Source: Methanococcus maripaludis
Lineage (GTDB): Archaea > AGJL01 > Methanococci > Methanococcales > Methanococcaceae
Assembly: GCF_002945325.1 (NCBI RefSeq)
Contig: NZ_CP026606.1
Location: 630,001-662,000, forward strand
Length of the DNA stretch: 32,000 nt
Direction: 5' to 3'
The notes below the pieces were generated by a model. It saw only the letters and a list, made by a program, of their open reading frames with translations. It was not told where the DNA came from and made no database searches. Made by a program: the position numbers and the translations under genes. Below, piece by piece: positions 17,630-26,135 of this stretch (positions within the stretch are counted from its first letter, which is position 1; each line of letters begins with the position of its first letter).

Positions 17630-17663
17630 AAATTACTTTTTTTAAATTGATTGAAAAAAGAAA
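17630..17663. repeat. 34-bp dispersed repeat, copy 2, between convergent genes
   Basis: aaattacttttttaaattgattgaaaaaagaaa-type sequence; one substitution relative to 15553-15586. Confidence 0.75.
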
Positions 17664-17697
17664 TATTATTCAATTCTAAAAATTAAAATTAGGTAAA

Positions 17698-18720
17698 TTA
17701 AACTCTTACCTTAGAGTGAGTTTCATATTTATTTCCCGAATGTTTAGATTCCAGATAATCATCATCCAGTATTTTAATAACTGTAGCATAGTTTTTGCTA
17801 TTAATTATTAAATTATCATTCTCATCAAATTCAATTTCATCTAATTTAAATTCCGATTTTGTATCAGATATTGAATTATGATCCCAAGTTTTGTAACTTT
17901 TAGTATTCAATACCGTAGCAAATTTTTTAGTAAGATCTTTATTACGTTTGGATAAACTTACCAGTACTTCAAGATTATCTTTATCGATAATTTTTTGCTC
18001 AACCAATTTATCTTTTTTATCATCAATTTCTTTTTTGTATCCTTCATGGAAATCAAAAAATAATTCAATACCATTTTTGTTAAATACATACATAATTTCA
18101 GAGATATCTTCAGAAGCCATCTCTTTACCCTTATAAATCATTCCATCAAATTTATCTTCAAGTGCAAAAATACTATCTTCGATTTTATCGAATTTACCAT
18201 TATTTCTATTAAATACCATGTTTAAAGTGCCTTTTCCAAGCAATTTAAGAGGAGAATGTTTTTTAATAAATATCAAATTTTTAGATATTTCTTTTTTGTT
18301 ATCAAAGATATCAATGGTTACAATATATCCCCAAATTTTTTTTATGTTTTTTAATGCATTGCTATTTAAAAACTCGGGATCCCCGTAAGTTTTATCATAA
18401 ATATCTTCAAAATGGGGAATATCTTCTGCAGACATGACTTCAATAACTTTTTTATCATATTTCGCCATTGGAGAATATTTTGGGTAAAAATATTCATCAC
18501 CACATCGAATTCCCACTTCAAGTTGGGCAATTTTCAATAATTCCTGCTCTATTGCGTGATTTGAATTAAATTCTGTTCTCCAAATTTTATGTGTTATCAA
18601 TTCTTTCTTTTTAGTTCGTTCTACAAAATTCAAAGTTATATTACCCAAATTAAGATTTTCGTCTTTTAACATCTTGTATATATCAGGCATTTTTAATATA
18701 GTAGCGACATTTATTTCCAT
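17698..18720 (-). CDS. kwaB: KwaB-like (DUF4868) protein of a Kiwa defence system
   Basis: C-terminal ...FDENDNLIINSKNYATVIKILDDDYLESKHSGNKYETHSKVR resembles the DUF4868 end; partner of a membrane protein gene 3 bp upstream in the same orientation. Confidence 0.7.
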   Translation of the reverse strand: MEINVATILKMPDIYKMLKDENLNLGNITLNFVERTKKKELITHKIWRTEFNSNHAIEQELLKIAQLEVGIRCGDEYFYPKYSPMAKYDKKVIEVMSAEDIPHFEDIYDKTYGDPEFLNSNALKNIKKIWGYIVTIDIFDNKKEISKNLIFIKKHSPLKLLGKGTLNMVFNRNNGKFDKIEDSIFALEDKFDGMIYKGKEMASEDISEIMYVFNKNGIELFFDFHEGYKKEIDDKKDKLVEQKIIDKDNLEVLVSLSKRNKDLTKKFATVLNTKSYKTWDHNSISDTKSEFKLDEIEFDENDNLIINSKNYATVIKILDDDYLESKHSGNKYETHSKVRV

Positions 18721-18723
18721 AAT

Positions 18724-19401
18724 CTACACTTCTTTAAAGATATTATTTCCATACATATGTTTTAATTGTAATTTATCATCGATTTTCAGATCTTTTTTAG
18801 TGATTATCAAAGCATCTGAATAAGTTTTAGGATTTGGTGACATATTGGCTCCTTTTTTAATGGATGCACGATACATTTTGTATCCAAAAGACGTTAAAAC
18901 AGGATTTATAAACACTAAATCAGTAGAAATTGCTACCGAACGCATAATTCCTAAAAATAATATAAAAGCTAAAATATTTGTGAATTTACATAAATCAAAT
19001 CCCATAAATGCAATCATATATGGCACAAAATAATCCAGCGCATCTTTTGTACGATTTTCAAAATCTACCACCACATATTCTTTTGCAGAAGTAGTTCTTG
19101 TACAATACCAAAATAAAGCCCAAAATATCAATGTAGGAGTAAAAAATACAATAATAAAAACTATTCCAATAGTTAAAGGAATTGAAACATTTCCCATACC
19201 CACAGTTTGTGGAATTGTGGAAGTACAGTTTATAAACGGCATTTCTATACAAGAGCACGTTTCTGTAAAATAAATTGCGGAAAATATCAGAAATAATGGC
19301 AAATAAGAAAACATGAATAAACCGGTATTTATGGTCCAGCCTATACTCCAGCCTATAAGTTTATCCCAACGATTTTTTTGATTTTTCCCCTCAGTCCCCA
19401 T
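18724..19401 (-). CDS. kwaA: KwaA-like multi-TM protein of a Kiwa defence system
   Basis: Four hydrophobic segments; DYFVPYMIAFMGFDLCKFTNI and LVFINPVLTSFGYKMYRA resemble the KwaA signature; directly upstream of the kwaB-like gene. Confidence 0.65.
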   Translation of the reverse strand: MGTEGKNQKNRWDKLIGWSIGWTINTGLFMFSYLPLFLIFSAIYFTETCSCIEMPFINCTSTIPQTVGMGNVSIPLTIGIVFIIVFFTPTLIFWALFWYCTRTTSAKEYVVVDFENRTKDALDYFVPYMIAFMGFDLCKFTNILAFILFLGIMRSVAISTDLVFINPVLTSFGYKMYRASIKKGANMSPNPKTYSDALIITKKDLKIDDKLQLKHMYGNNIFKEV

Positions 19402-19521
19402 GAAAACACCTAAATTGTACCGAAGAGGTCTTTATCTCTTCATATATATGATAGTTTTCATGACGTAATATTTTAAGAATTAGTTGTACGATTGTAAAAA
19501 TAATTTTAAGATAGCATTAAT

Positions 19522-20451
19522 TTATCGAGGACCGATAAATCTATCCCCATTATAGTGTATCATGTGATCAGGATTTTCTGAAATCCAAACTTCAGTATCC
19601 CATGCAATATCTGCAACATATTTTTTGAAAGTAGCTTTATCCCTAAAGCAGCTCACATATATTTTTCCACACTTACAGTCTTCAAGCATTTCTTCAAGTT
19701 CATAGTACCGTTTATCTGAAACTGGGCCATGAGAAGTAACTGCTTCAATTAAATAAATCCAGTTATTCTTTTCATCATACAAAACAACATCTGGAAGCTT
19801 ATCATGTTTAGTCATTGGAATTCCAAGCTTTTCAAGTTCTTCATCCAATTTATAAAGGTTTTTATGTGCGGTATCCCCAACATAAAGAACTTTTGAACCA
19901 CCTGCAAATCTAGGTCCAAATTCTTCAATAATTTCTTTTTGTAATTCATTATGTTCTCCAGAAGAAAATTCAAGTTCCGTATCATCAACTTTAACTGAAA
20001 TTTTATGAATTTCCCTAATTCCCTGATATTTTTCAGAAAGTGAAGTTTTATTCTCTAAAAACCATTCAACAGACTTTTCAAAATCATCAGTTTCGTATGT
20101 TTTTAAAACTTCTAAAAATTCAGGAGTTAAGGAATAAACTGTTTTACCACTGTTTGTAGGTCTTTTTGGATCATCTCGATTCCTTTCAACAATTCCAGCA
20201 TGTTCAAACTGGTGTATTGTCTGCCGCCTTATTGTTTCCCTGCTATTTTCAGCATAAGTATATCCATAATTTTCAGAAATAAACAATAAAATATCATGAA
20301 TTCTAACTAAATTATCTTCTGAATCTTTCCAATCACTGTTTTCTTGGATATTTGCAAGTGCTAAAAGAGTATATGCACTTCTATTATTTTGCTGCTTCAC
20401 TGGAAGCTCAAATTTCTTTAAAATAGTTAAAGCTTCGTCTAACTTTCCCAT
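19522..20451 (-). CDS. BsuBI/PstI-family type II restriction endonuclease
   Basis: ...VLYVGDTAHKNLYKLDEELEKLGIPMTKHDKLPDVVLYDEKNNWIYLIEAVTSHGPVSDKRYYELEEML... is the characteristic BsuBI/PstI C-terminal domain; start at MGKLDEA after AAGGGT. Confidence 0.88.
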   Translation of the reverse strand: MGKLDEALTILKKFELPVKQQNNRSAYTLLALANIQENSDWKDSEDNLVRIHDILLFISENYGYTYAENSRETIRRQTIHQFEHAGIVERNRDDPKRPTNSGKTVYSLTPEFLEVLKTYETDDFEKSVEWFLENKTSLSEKYQGIREIHKISVKVDDTELEFSSGEHNELQKEIIEEFGPRFAGGSKVLYVGDTAHKNLYKLDEELEKLGIPMTKHDKLPDVVLYDEKNNWIYLIEAVTSHGPVSDKRYYELEEMLEDCKCGKIYVSCFRDKATFKKYVADIAWDTEVWISENPDHMIHYNGDRFIGPR

Positions 20452-20468
20452 ACTACCCTTCCACAAAA

Positions 20469-21977
20469 TTAGATATTAAATATATTATTGACAATATCAT
20501 TACATTTATCAACACTTAAATCATTTTCTTTTAGAATTAAGTCTCCAATTCTGACAATGAGTTCTTTTTCGGGAAGAGGCATTGAATTTACTTCTGTAGC
20601 ATTTACCTGAGTAGATCCATTTACAATTCTATAATATTTATCTAAGATATCACAATTAAAGAGAGCATAGAGACCAAATAATTCGTTTAATTCCATATTA
20701 CCTGATTCTTTCACAATATAATTAAGATGATTTTCAAATCCAATCTGTGGATAATTAAATTCTTTTGAAGAATAAATTGCAGCTTGAAGCCTTCTTTTCT
20801 CTTCTTTTGAAGTAAACCGTTTCAATAATAAATAATCCTTATTTTTCAAAAGTAACTTTTTAGATTCAGAATTATTCAAAATATACGGGGGTTTTCCGTC
20901 CTTTGTAACTGGAAATCTTATTAATCCGTCATTAAAATTATGTAACCACAAAAGAGGAACAGTTTCATTCGAGGGTTCATTTTTTAAATATTCTAATGAT
21001 CGAAAATCGACTACAGGCCCGGTTTTTAACTTATATCCTAGTTTAACTAAATTATACTTCCAGTTTGACATTAAATTCATGATTTTTACGTCTTCTTCGT
21101 TTGTAGGTAACAATATGAATTTATTTTCATTTTTCGTTATTACTGTATCATAAGGCATGTAAATTTGAAAAATATTTTTGGATAAATCAGAATCTGTACT
21201 TTCTGAAATACACATCATATCTTCATTTAATCTTGATTTTACAGCTTTTAAAATAATTGTTTCCTGCAATACCTGATCGTTTCCAAACACGTTTTTCCTT
21301 GAAACAAACAAATGTATTCGAGAAATATTTACATTTTCAAGGAACCATGTTCTAAATTTTTTAAAATAAAGACCCGATGTAAAGCTTCTTGGATTAATAA
21401 ATATGAACTCTCCATTTTCCTTTAACAATTTTAAAGCCATTGCCATGAATAAAAAATAAATATTGGGCTGACCGTGCACAATAGAATTCATAGCTACAGC
21501 TTCTTCGCAAGACTTGCTTATTTTTTTGTAAGGTGGATTAGAGATTACAAGATCGTAACGCCCAACAGAGTCTGAATTCCAGTTATCTACATTCAATGTT
21601 ACAAAATTGCCATGTATAATTTTATATGTGAATTTTATGGGCGAATTTTCTAATTTATGTTTAATATATTCCATTGATTTAGTTAAAATGGGTAAAACAT
21701 CAGAATCTACTTCATAAAGATCAATATGGAGTCTTTTTAAATTTTTATGGGTTTTAAATTTATCAACAAGTGCTGTCGCTAAAATACCGGTGCCTGAACC
21801 ACAATCTAAAATATTTAATTCTTCAAAATTTTCATAGTCGCCGGATAAACTAGCCATAAAGTCGGCAACAGCTGCAGGTGTAAAAAATTGGCCTATTTTC
21901 TTCCTATCTTTCTTAGACTTCTTTTCCAAATATTTATTCGTGTATTCTTGGACTTCATTTACAAGTGATTCCTGCAT
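20469..21977 (-). CDS. Class I N6-adenine DNA methyltransferase, partner of the BsuBI/PstI endonuclease
   Basis: SAM motif LNILDCGSGTGILATAL, catalytic VISNPPYKKI; gene directly upstream of the endonuclease. Confidence 0.88.
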   Translation of the reverse strand: MQESLVNEVQEYTNKYLEKKSKKDRKKIGQFFTPAAVADFMASLSGDYENFEELNILDCGSGTGILATALVDKFKTHKNLKRLHIDLYEVDSDVLPILTKSMEYIKHKLENSPIKFTYKIIHGNFVTLNVDNWNSDSVGRYDLVISNPPYKKISKSCEEAVAMNSIVHGQPNIYFLFMAMALKLLKENGEFIFINPRSFTSGLYFKKFRTWFLENVNISRIHLFVSRKNVFGNDQVLQETIILKAVKSRLNEDMMCISESTDSDLSKNIFQIYMPYDTVITKNENKFILLPTNEEDVKIMNLMSNWKYNLVKLGYKLKTGPVVDFRSLEYLKNEPSNETVPLLWLHNFNDGLIRFPVTKDGKPPYILNNSESKKLLLKNKDYLLLKRFTSKEEKRRLQAAIYSSKEFNYPQIGFENHLNYIVKESGNMELNELFGLYALFNCDILDKYYRIVNGSTQVNATEVNSMPLPEKELIVRIGDLILKENDLSVDKCNDIVNNIFNI

Positions 21978-21998
21978 AATTAGACCCCATTTTAAAAA

Positions 21999-22886
21999 TC
22001 ATTTCTTATTATTCATAACTCGTAAATACTCTTTTTTCCTTGATTCCTTGTTCGAGTGAACGTATCCCGAAGTAGTATTCAAGTTTGAATGACCCATTAT
22101 TTTTGAAAGAACAATCAAGTTCATTTCATCTTCACAGGCTAAAGTTCCAAAGGTATGCCTGAAAACGTGTGGAGTAACATCAAAAGGAATTTTATCTTTT
22201 GTAACTTCCTTTAAATAGTCTCTAAATTTATCTATTGCGTAATTTGTAACCTTTTTACCATTCTTAGTTACAAAAAAGCAGTCTGTTTTTAAATTTAAAT
22301 TCTCTCTGTATTCGATATAATTTTTAAGATATCCTAAAAGTTCGTTATCGATAAATACATATCTATCTTTTCCGCCTTTTCCATCCCGAATGTAAATTGA
22401 GCGGTCTTCTAAATCTACATCATTTAAAAGTATGTTTTGAAATTCAGAAATCCTAACACCCGTTTTTAAAAGAAATAGTGTGTAAACATAATAATCATAG
22501 TCCATTACTTTTGCTAAAACTGTTTGAACTTGTTTTTCACTTAAATTCAATCTCTCCTTTTTTTCAAATTTGAGAGTTTTTACAAAGGTTTTCACTGGAT
22601 TTTTAAATAAATACTGATGTTCTACCGCCCATTCATAAAATCGATTAACATCATTTAATCTTTTGATTTTAGTATTCTTATTTACAGGCCTTCCATCTTC
22701 GGCTTTGTTATATCCATTATAGAAGTTTATTGCATCTTCTATTGTGATATTTTCCCAGGTTTTATTTTCGTCAAAATATCTTGTAAATGCCTTTAAACCG
22801 GATTTATAGTATTTTACAGTATTTTGACTGTGACCTGAATGAAATTTTAAGAATTTTTCAACAAGTTTTTCTGAAGATTCATCCAT
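21999..22886 (-). CDS. Tyrosine recombinase/integrase (XerC/D-like)
   Basis: SAM-like N-terminal domain; catalytic pattern KTGVRISE ... GKGGKDR ... HVFRHTFGT ... GHSNLNTTSGYVH. Confidence 0.92.
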   Translation of the reverse strand: MDESSEKLVEKFLKFHSGHSQNTVKYYKSGLKAFTRYFDENKTWENITIEDAINFYNGYNKAEDGRPVNKNTKIKRLNDVNRFYEWAVEHQYLFKNPVKTFVKTLKFEKKERLNLSEKQVQTVLAKVMDYDYYVYTLFLLKTGVRISEFQNILLNDVDLEDRSIYIRDGKGGKDRYVFIDNELLGYLKNYIEYRENLNLKTDCFFVTKNGKKVTNYAIDKFRDYLKEVTKDKIPFDVTPHVFRHTFGTLACEDEMNLIVLSKIMGHSNLNTTSGYVHSNKESRKKEYLRVMNNKK

Positions 22887-22894
22887 GGTATCCC

Positions 22895-23443
22895 TTAATT
22901 TCTAGTAATTATTTCGTATTCTTCACCCATTGGAAGCATTACTTCCCTAAGTCTAAAATATACTTTACCGTCTTCAACTCTTTGCTCTACAGTGGCCCCA
23001 AATTCTCTATGATTTGCTAAAATATATTTGAAAAGGTTAATTTTACGATCATCAGTTGCATAATTTAGTACAACAAGAATTTCATCCCAAGCTGTCCATA
23101 CATCGTCATCTTTACTTCTTAAATAATCCTTAATTTTTACGTACATATCTTGAATTTCAGTATCAGTATAAATTGATACTAAATAATCAGATAGATCTTG
23201 TAAAGCAGTTGTAACTTTATCGTTTGATTCTTTTGTTGCAAATTGTGCATTTTCTAAAAGTGAGATAATTTTATCTAATTTTGAATCGGTACTTTCGTTA
23301 CCTTTTTCATAAATTCTATCTACCATGTTCATGCAAAATTTTGCATATGATCCAACACTTGAAAAACCCTTTTCTTTTGCCATCTCTTGATACTTTTTAC
23401 GTTCACTATCATCAGTACAATATACTTGCAAAAGTACAGCCAA
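22895..23443 (-). CDS. Hypothetical protein upstream of the integrase (182 aa)
   Basis: Intact ORF 8 bp upstream of the integrase gene, same strand; N-terminus could be a small DNA-binding or mobilisation-type domain (low certainty). Confidence 0.6.
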   Translation of the reverse strand: MAVLLQVYCTDDSERKKYQEMAKEKGFSSVGSYAKFCMNMVDRIYEKGNESTDSKLDKIISLLENAQFATKESNDKVTTALQDLSDYLVSIYTDTEIQDMYVKIKDYLRSKDDDVWTAWDEILVVLNYATDDRKINLFKYILANHREFGATVEQRVEDGKVYFRLREVMLPMGEEYEIITRN

Positions 23444-23528
23444 AAAACCACCCCTTTATATATCAAATCCTGTTTAATATATTGGATGAAATGAATATTT
23501 AATTATATATTAATATAATATATAAACC

Positions 23529-23616
23529 ACTCGATGATGATTGTCATCCCTGCTGACTTTAATTTGTAGTATTAGTTGCAAATTAAAGAAATGATGAATA
23601 CAGGGTTACTGAGAGT
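23529..23616 (+). ncRNA. C/D-box sRNA candidate
   Basis: Terminal stem ACTC (23529-32)/GAGT (23613-16); C box ATGATGA 23534-40; 12-nt guide; D' CTGA 23553-56; perfect 10-bp spacer hairpin 23557-66/23579-88; C' ATGATGA 23591-97; 11-nt guide; D CTGA 23609-12; A/T-rich promoter-like sequence upstream. Confidence 0.65.
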
Positions 23617-23656
23617 TGCTTTATTTTCCGATATATTAAAAAATTTAAAAAGTTAA

Positions 23657-25030
23657 TTATTTTACCATTGAACCAACAATCACGTTGTCTTTTACGCGGA
23701 GAACTTTTACTTTTACCCTTTTTCCAATCAATTTATTTACGTCTGTTTTACAGTCGATTATTTGAATTACCCGATTTTTTGATGCACCTATAACTTCTCC
23801 ATTAACCCGTCCGTCCATTAAAACGGTTACAGAAATCGTTTCATTTAATTTAAATGGGCATGGCAGTCTTTTCCTGCTGTGACTTCCAAAAAATCCGTGT
23901 AATGGAACTTCTAAATCCACGTTTATTCCTTTTTTGGAATATTCTTTATGATAAACATCCAAAAGATTGTAAAACTTTGGAAAATCCCAAACTCTCATTT
24001 TTGGAATTTTTCTTCCAAATTGGTAAGTTAAACATAATTGTGGACCTACAATCGGATTTTTCTTGTTTGTTATCGGGTTTATCGTGGTTTGAGGAGTTTT
24101 TTGTTCTAATTCAACTGCAAAATCGAGCACTTTTTTAAATTCCTCGTCATTGTAATTTGGAAGTAGAAGTGGTGCAATTAACAGGTGAATTTTTGAATTT
24201 TTTATGTACTCTGCAATTTCCATAATTTTTTCAATATCGTAATTTTTGCTTCCTGAAAGCCCTTTTGAGAATTTCTCATCCATTGCATTGATTGAAAGAT
24301 TAATTCTGTGAAGTCCTGCAACTTCTAAATCATCAATTAGTTTTTCGGTTAAATGAACCCCGTTTGTTTGAATTGAAACTATTCCTTTGTTTTTCGAATT
24401 TATTTCGTTTAAATTTTGAACTAAGTCGGGAAGTGGATAGTATAGTGAAGGCTCCCCCTGTCCATCGAGGTGTGCTTCAAGCTTTGTATATCCTTTAAAC
24501 TCTGCAATTTTTTCGTATTCCGAAACTAAATAATCCATATCAACATAATAGTCGTTTTTTCTAGATTTTGAGTGAATTCCTTCATCAACAGAACAGAACG
24601 GGCAGCTTATATTACACCCGCTAAGCCCCCTTACTTGAATTACATTTGTTCCCCTATCAATCAGCCCAAATGCAGTATGTCCGATTAAAGGCGTTGGTTC
24701 TGTGATATAGTAAGTTCTCCGGTTTGTAGTTTTATTTAAAAGTCCTTCTGAAATGCTCTGAGACATTTTATTCAATATTCCTGTTTTCAATGAACCGGTA
24801 AGCACTGTTGCAGATTTAGAATTATCATTTACAAAATCTTTGAAAGTTAAAATTCCGTTTTCAAGTGATACGTCGTAATCCATCAAAACGCTTACTTCGT
24901 AATTTTGGTTTATTTCAAGAACAAGTGTATTTTCGTCTAATATTGAATCGGTAATCATTCTAAATTGATTTAAATCAAAAATCCAACACTTTTCGCATTC
25001 CTTATTATTGTTATTTGCATTTCTCGTCAC
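23657..25030 (-). CDS. Radical SAM protein with possible C-terminal TRAM-like segment
   Basis: GCNISCPFC (CxxxCxxC), GEGQPSLYYPL-like region, and C-terminal IGKRVKVKVLRVKDNVIVGSMV. Confidence 0.85.
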   Translation of the reverse strand: MTRNANNNNKECEKCWIFDLNQFRMITDSILDENTLVLEINQNYEVSVLMDYDVSLENGILTFKDFVNDNSKSATVLTGSLKTGILNKMSQSISEGLLNKTTNRRTYYITEPTPLIGHTAFGLIDRGTNVIQVRGLSGCNISCPFCSVDEGIHSKSRKNDYYVDMDYLVSEYEKIAEFKGYTKLEAHLDGQGEPSLYYPLPDLVQNLNEINSKNKGIVSIQTNGVHLTEKLIDDLEVAGLHRINLSINAMDEKFSKGLSGSKNYDIEKIMEIAEYIKNSKIHLLIAPLLLPNYNDEEFKKVLDFAVELEQKTPQTTINPITNKKNPIVGPQLCLTYQFGRKIPKMRVWDFPKFYNLLDVYHKEYSKKGINVDLEVPLHGFFGSHSRKRLPCPFKLNETISVTVLMDGRVNGEVIGASKNRVIQIIDCKTDVNKLIGKRVKVKVLRVKDNVIVGSMVK

Positions 25031-25114
25031 ATTTACACCGGAGATTTTTAAATATGTAAAAGTAGTAAGTATCCATATAATATAACTATATTTGATTAGT
25101 TAAAAAGTGATTTT

Positions 25115-25645
25115 ATGATAAAAATACTCGATGCTTCAGCATTTATACATGGATACAATCCATCAATTGAAGAAGGAGAGCACTACACTACAAACGGAAT
25201 TGTTTCAGAAGTCGTTTCAAAAGAGGATATTGTAAAATTGGCAATTGAATACGGAAAATTAAAAATACTCGATCCAAAACCCGAAACGATTGAAAAAGTA
25301 GTCAAAACTTCAATAGAAACTGGCGACACCATTTCAAACAATGATATCGAAATACTTGCGCTTGCAATCGACCTTGGCGGAATTTTGTATACTGACGATT
25401 ACGGCCTTCAGAATGTTTCAAAAAAATTAAAAATTGTTTACGAAAATATCGTTTCAGCTGGTTCAAAAGATGATTTCATCTGGAAAAAAATCTGTAAAGG
25501 CTGTAAAAAGATGTATCCGATAAATTACCTTGATGATGAATGCGAAGTCTGCGGAAGCCCGCTTTATCGAAAAATGGTAAAAAATAGACTTAAAAAAGGT
25601 AAGAATTTTTATGATAAAAAGAAAAAGCCAAAAAAATTATTTTAA
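25115..25645 (+). CDS. nob1: rRNA maturation endonuclease Nob1 (PIN domain plus zinc ribbon)
   Basis: N-terminal ILDASAFIHGY PIN motif; YTDDYGLQNVSK; C-terminal CKGCKKMYP...CEVCGSPL zinc ribbon. Confidence 0.85.
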   Translation: MIKILDASAFIHGYNPSIEEGEHYTTNGIVSEVVSKEDIVKLAIEYGKLKILDPKPETIEKVVKTSIETGDTISNNDIEILALAIDLGGILYTDDYGLQNVSKKLKIVYENIVSAGSKDDFIWKKICKGCKKMYPINYLDDECEVCGSPLYRKMVKNRLKKGKNFYDKKKKPKKLF

Positions 25646-25683
25646 TTATATAATAATTTTATTTTTTTAATTTAAAATTGACA

Positions 25684-25932
25684 TTAAATTTTCAATTTTT
25701 CTTCGACTTTTTCTGCAGCTTCACTTACTTCTTCGGGAACTTCTATGATGTTTTCAGGAATTTCTTCTGCTTTTTTTTCAGGGTTTATGCTTCTGAAACT
25801 GATTCCAAGTTCCCCATTTATGTCCATCGAACCAATTTTAAAGTTAATAACTTTTATATTCTGTTTTAAGTCCACGCGAAGTATTACTTCTTTGTCACTT
25901 AATGAATTAATTATTTTTTCGAAGTCGTCCAT
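25684..25932 (-). CDS. Hypothetical small acidic protein
   Basis: 82-aa ORF, GGAGGGG RBS upstream (plus strand cccctcc). Confidence 0.6.
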   Translation of the reverse strand: MDDFEKIINSLSDKEVILRVDLKQNIKVINFKIGSMDINGELGISFRSINPEKKAEEIPENIIEVPEEVSEAAEKVEEKLKI

Positions 25933-26135
25933 AAAATTCCCCTCCGTTTGAATAAATTAAATCTCTTTTACGCTCTTATATCTGTATTTGGCATTATTTA
26001 TACCTTTATTTTTTACCACCATAATTCTGTAATTACACTTATTAATACGGGTAATAAAGATTTCAAATAGCAATTAATATATGCCCCTGAATTCAAAGGT
26101 AATACGGAAAGGAAATAATATCTTTCGGTGATATA

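Noticed and set aside
23444-23656. tRNA gene as integration target
   Set aside because: No cloverleaf or T-loop GTTCRA-type sequence is visible; the structured element is better explained by C/D boxes.
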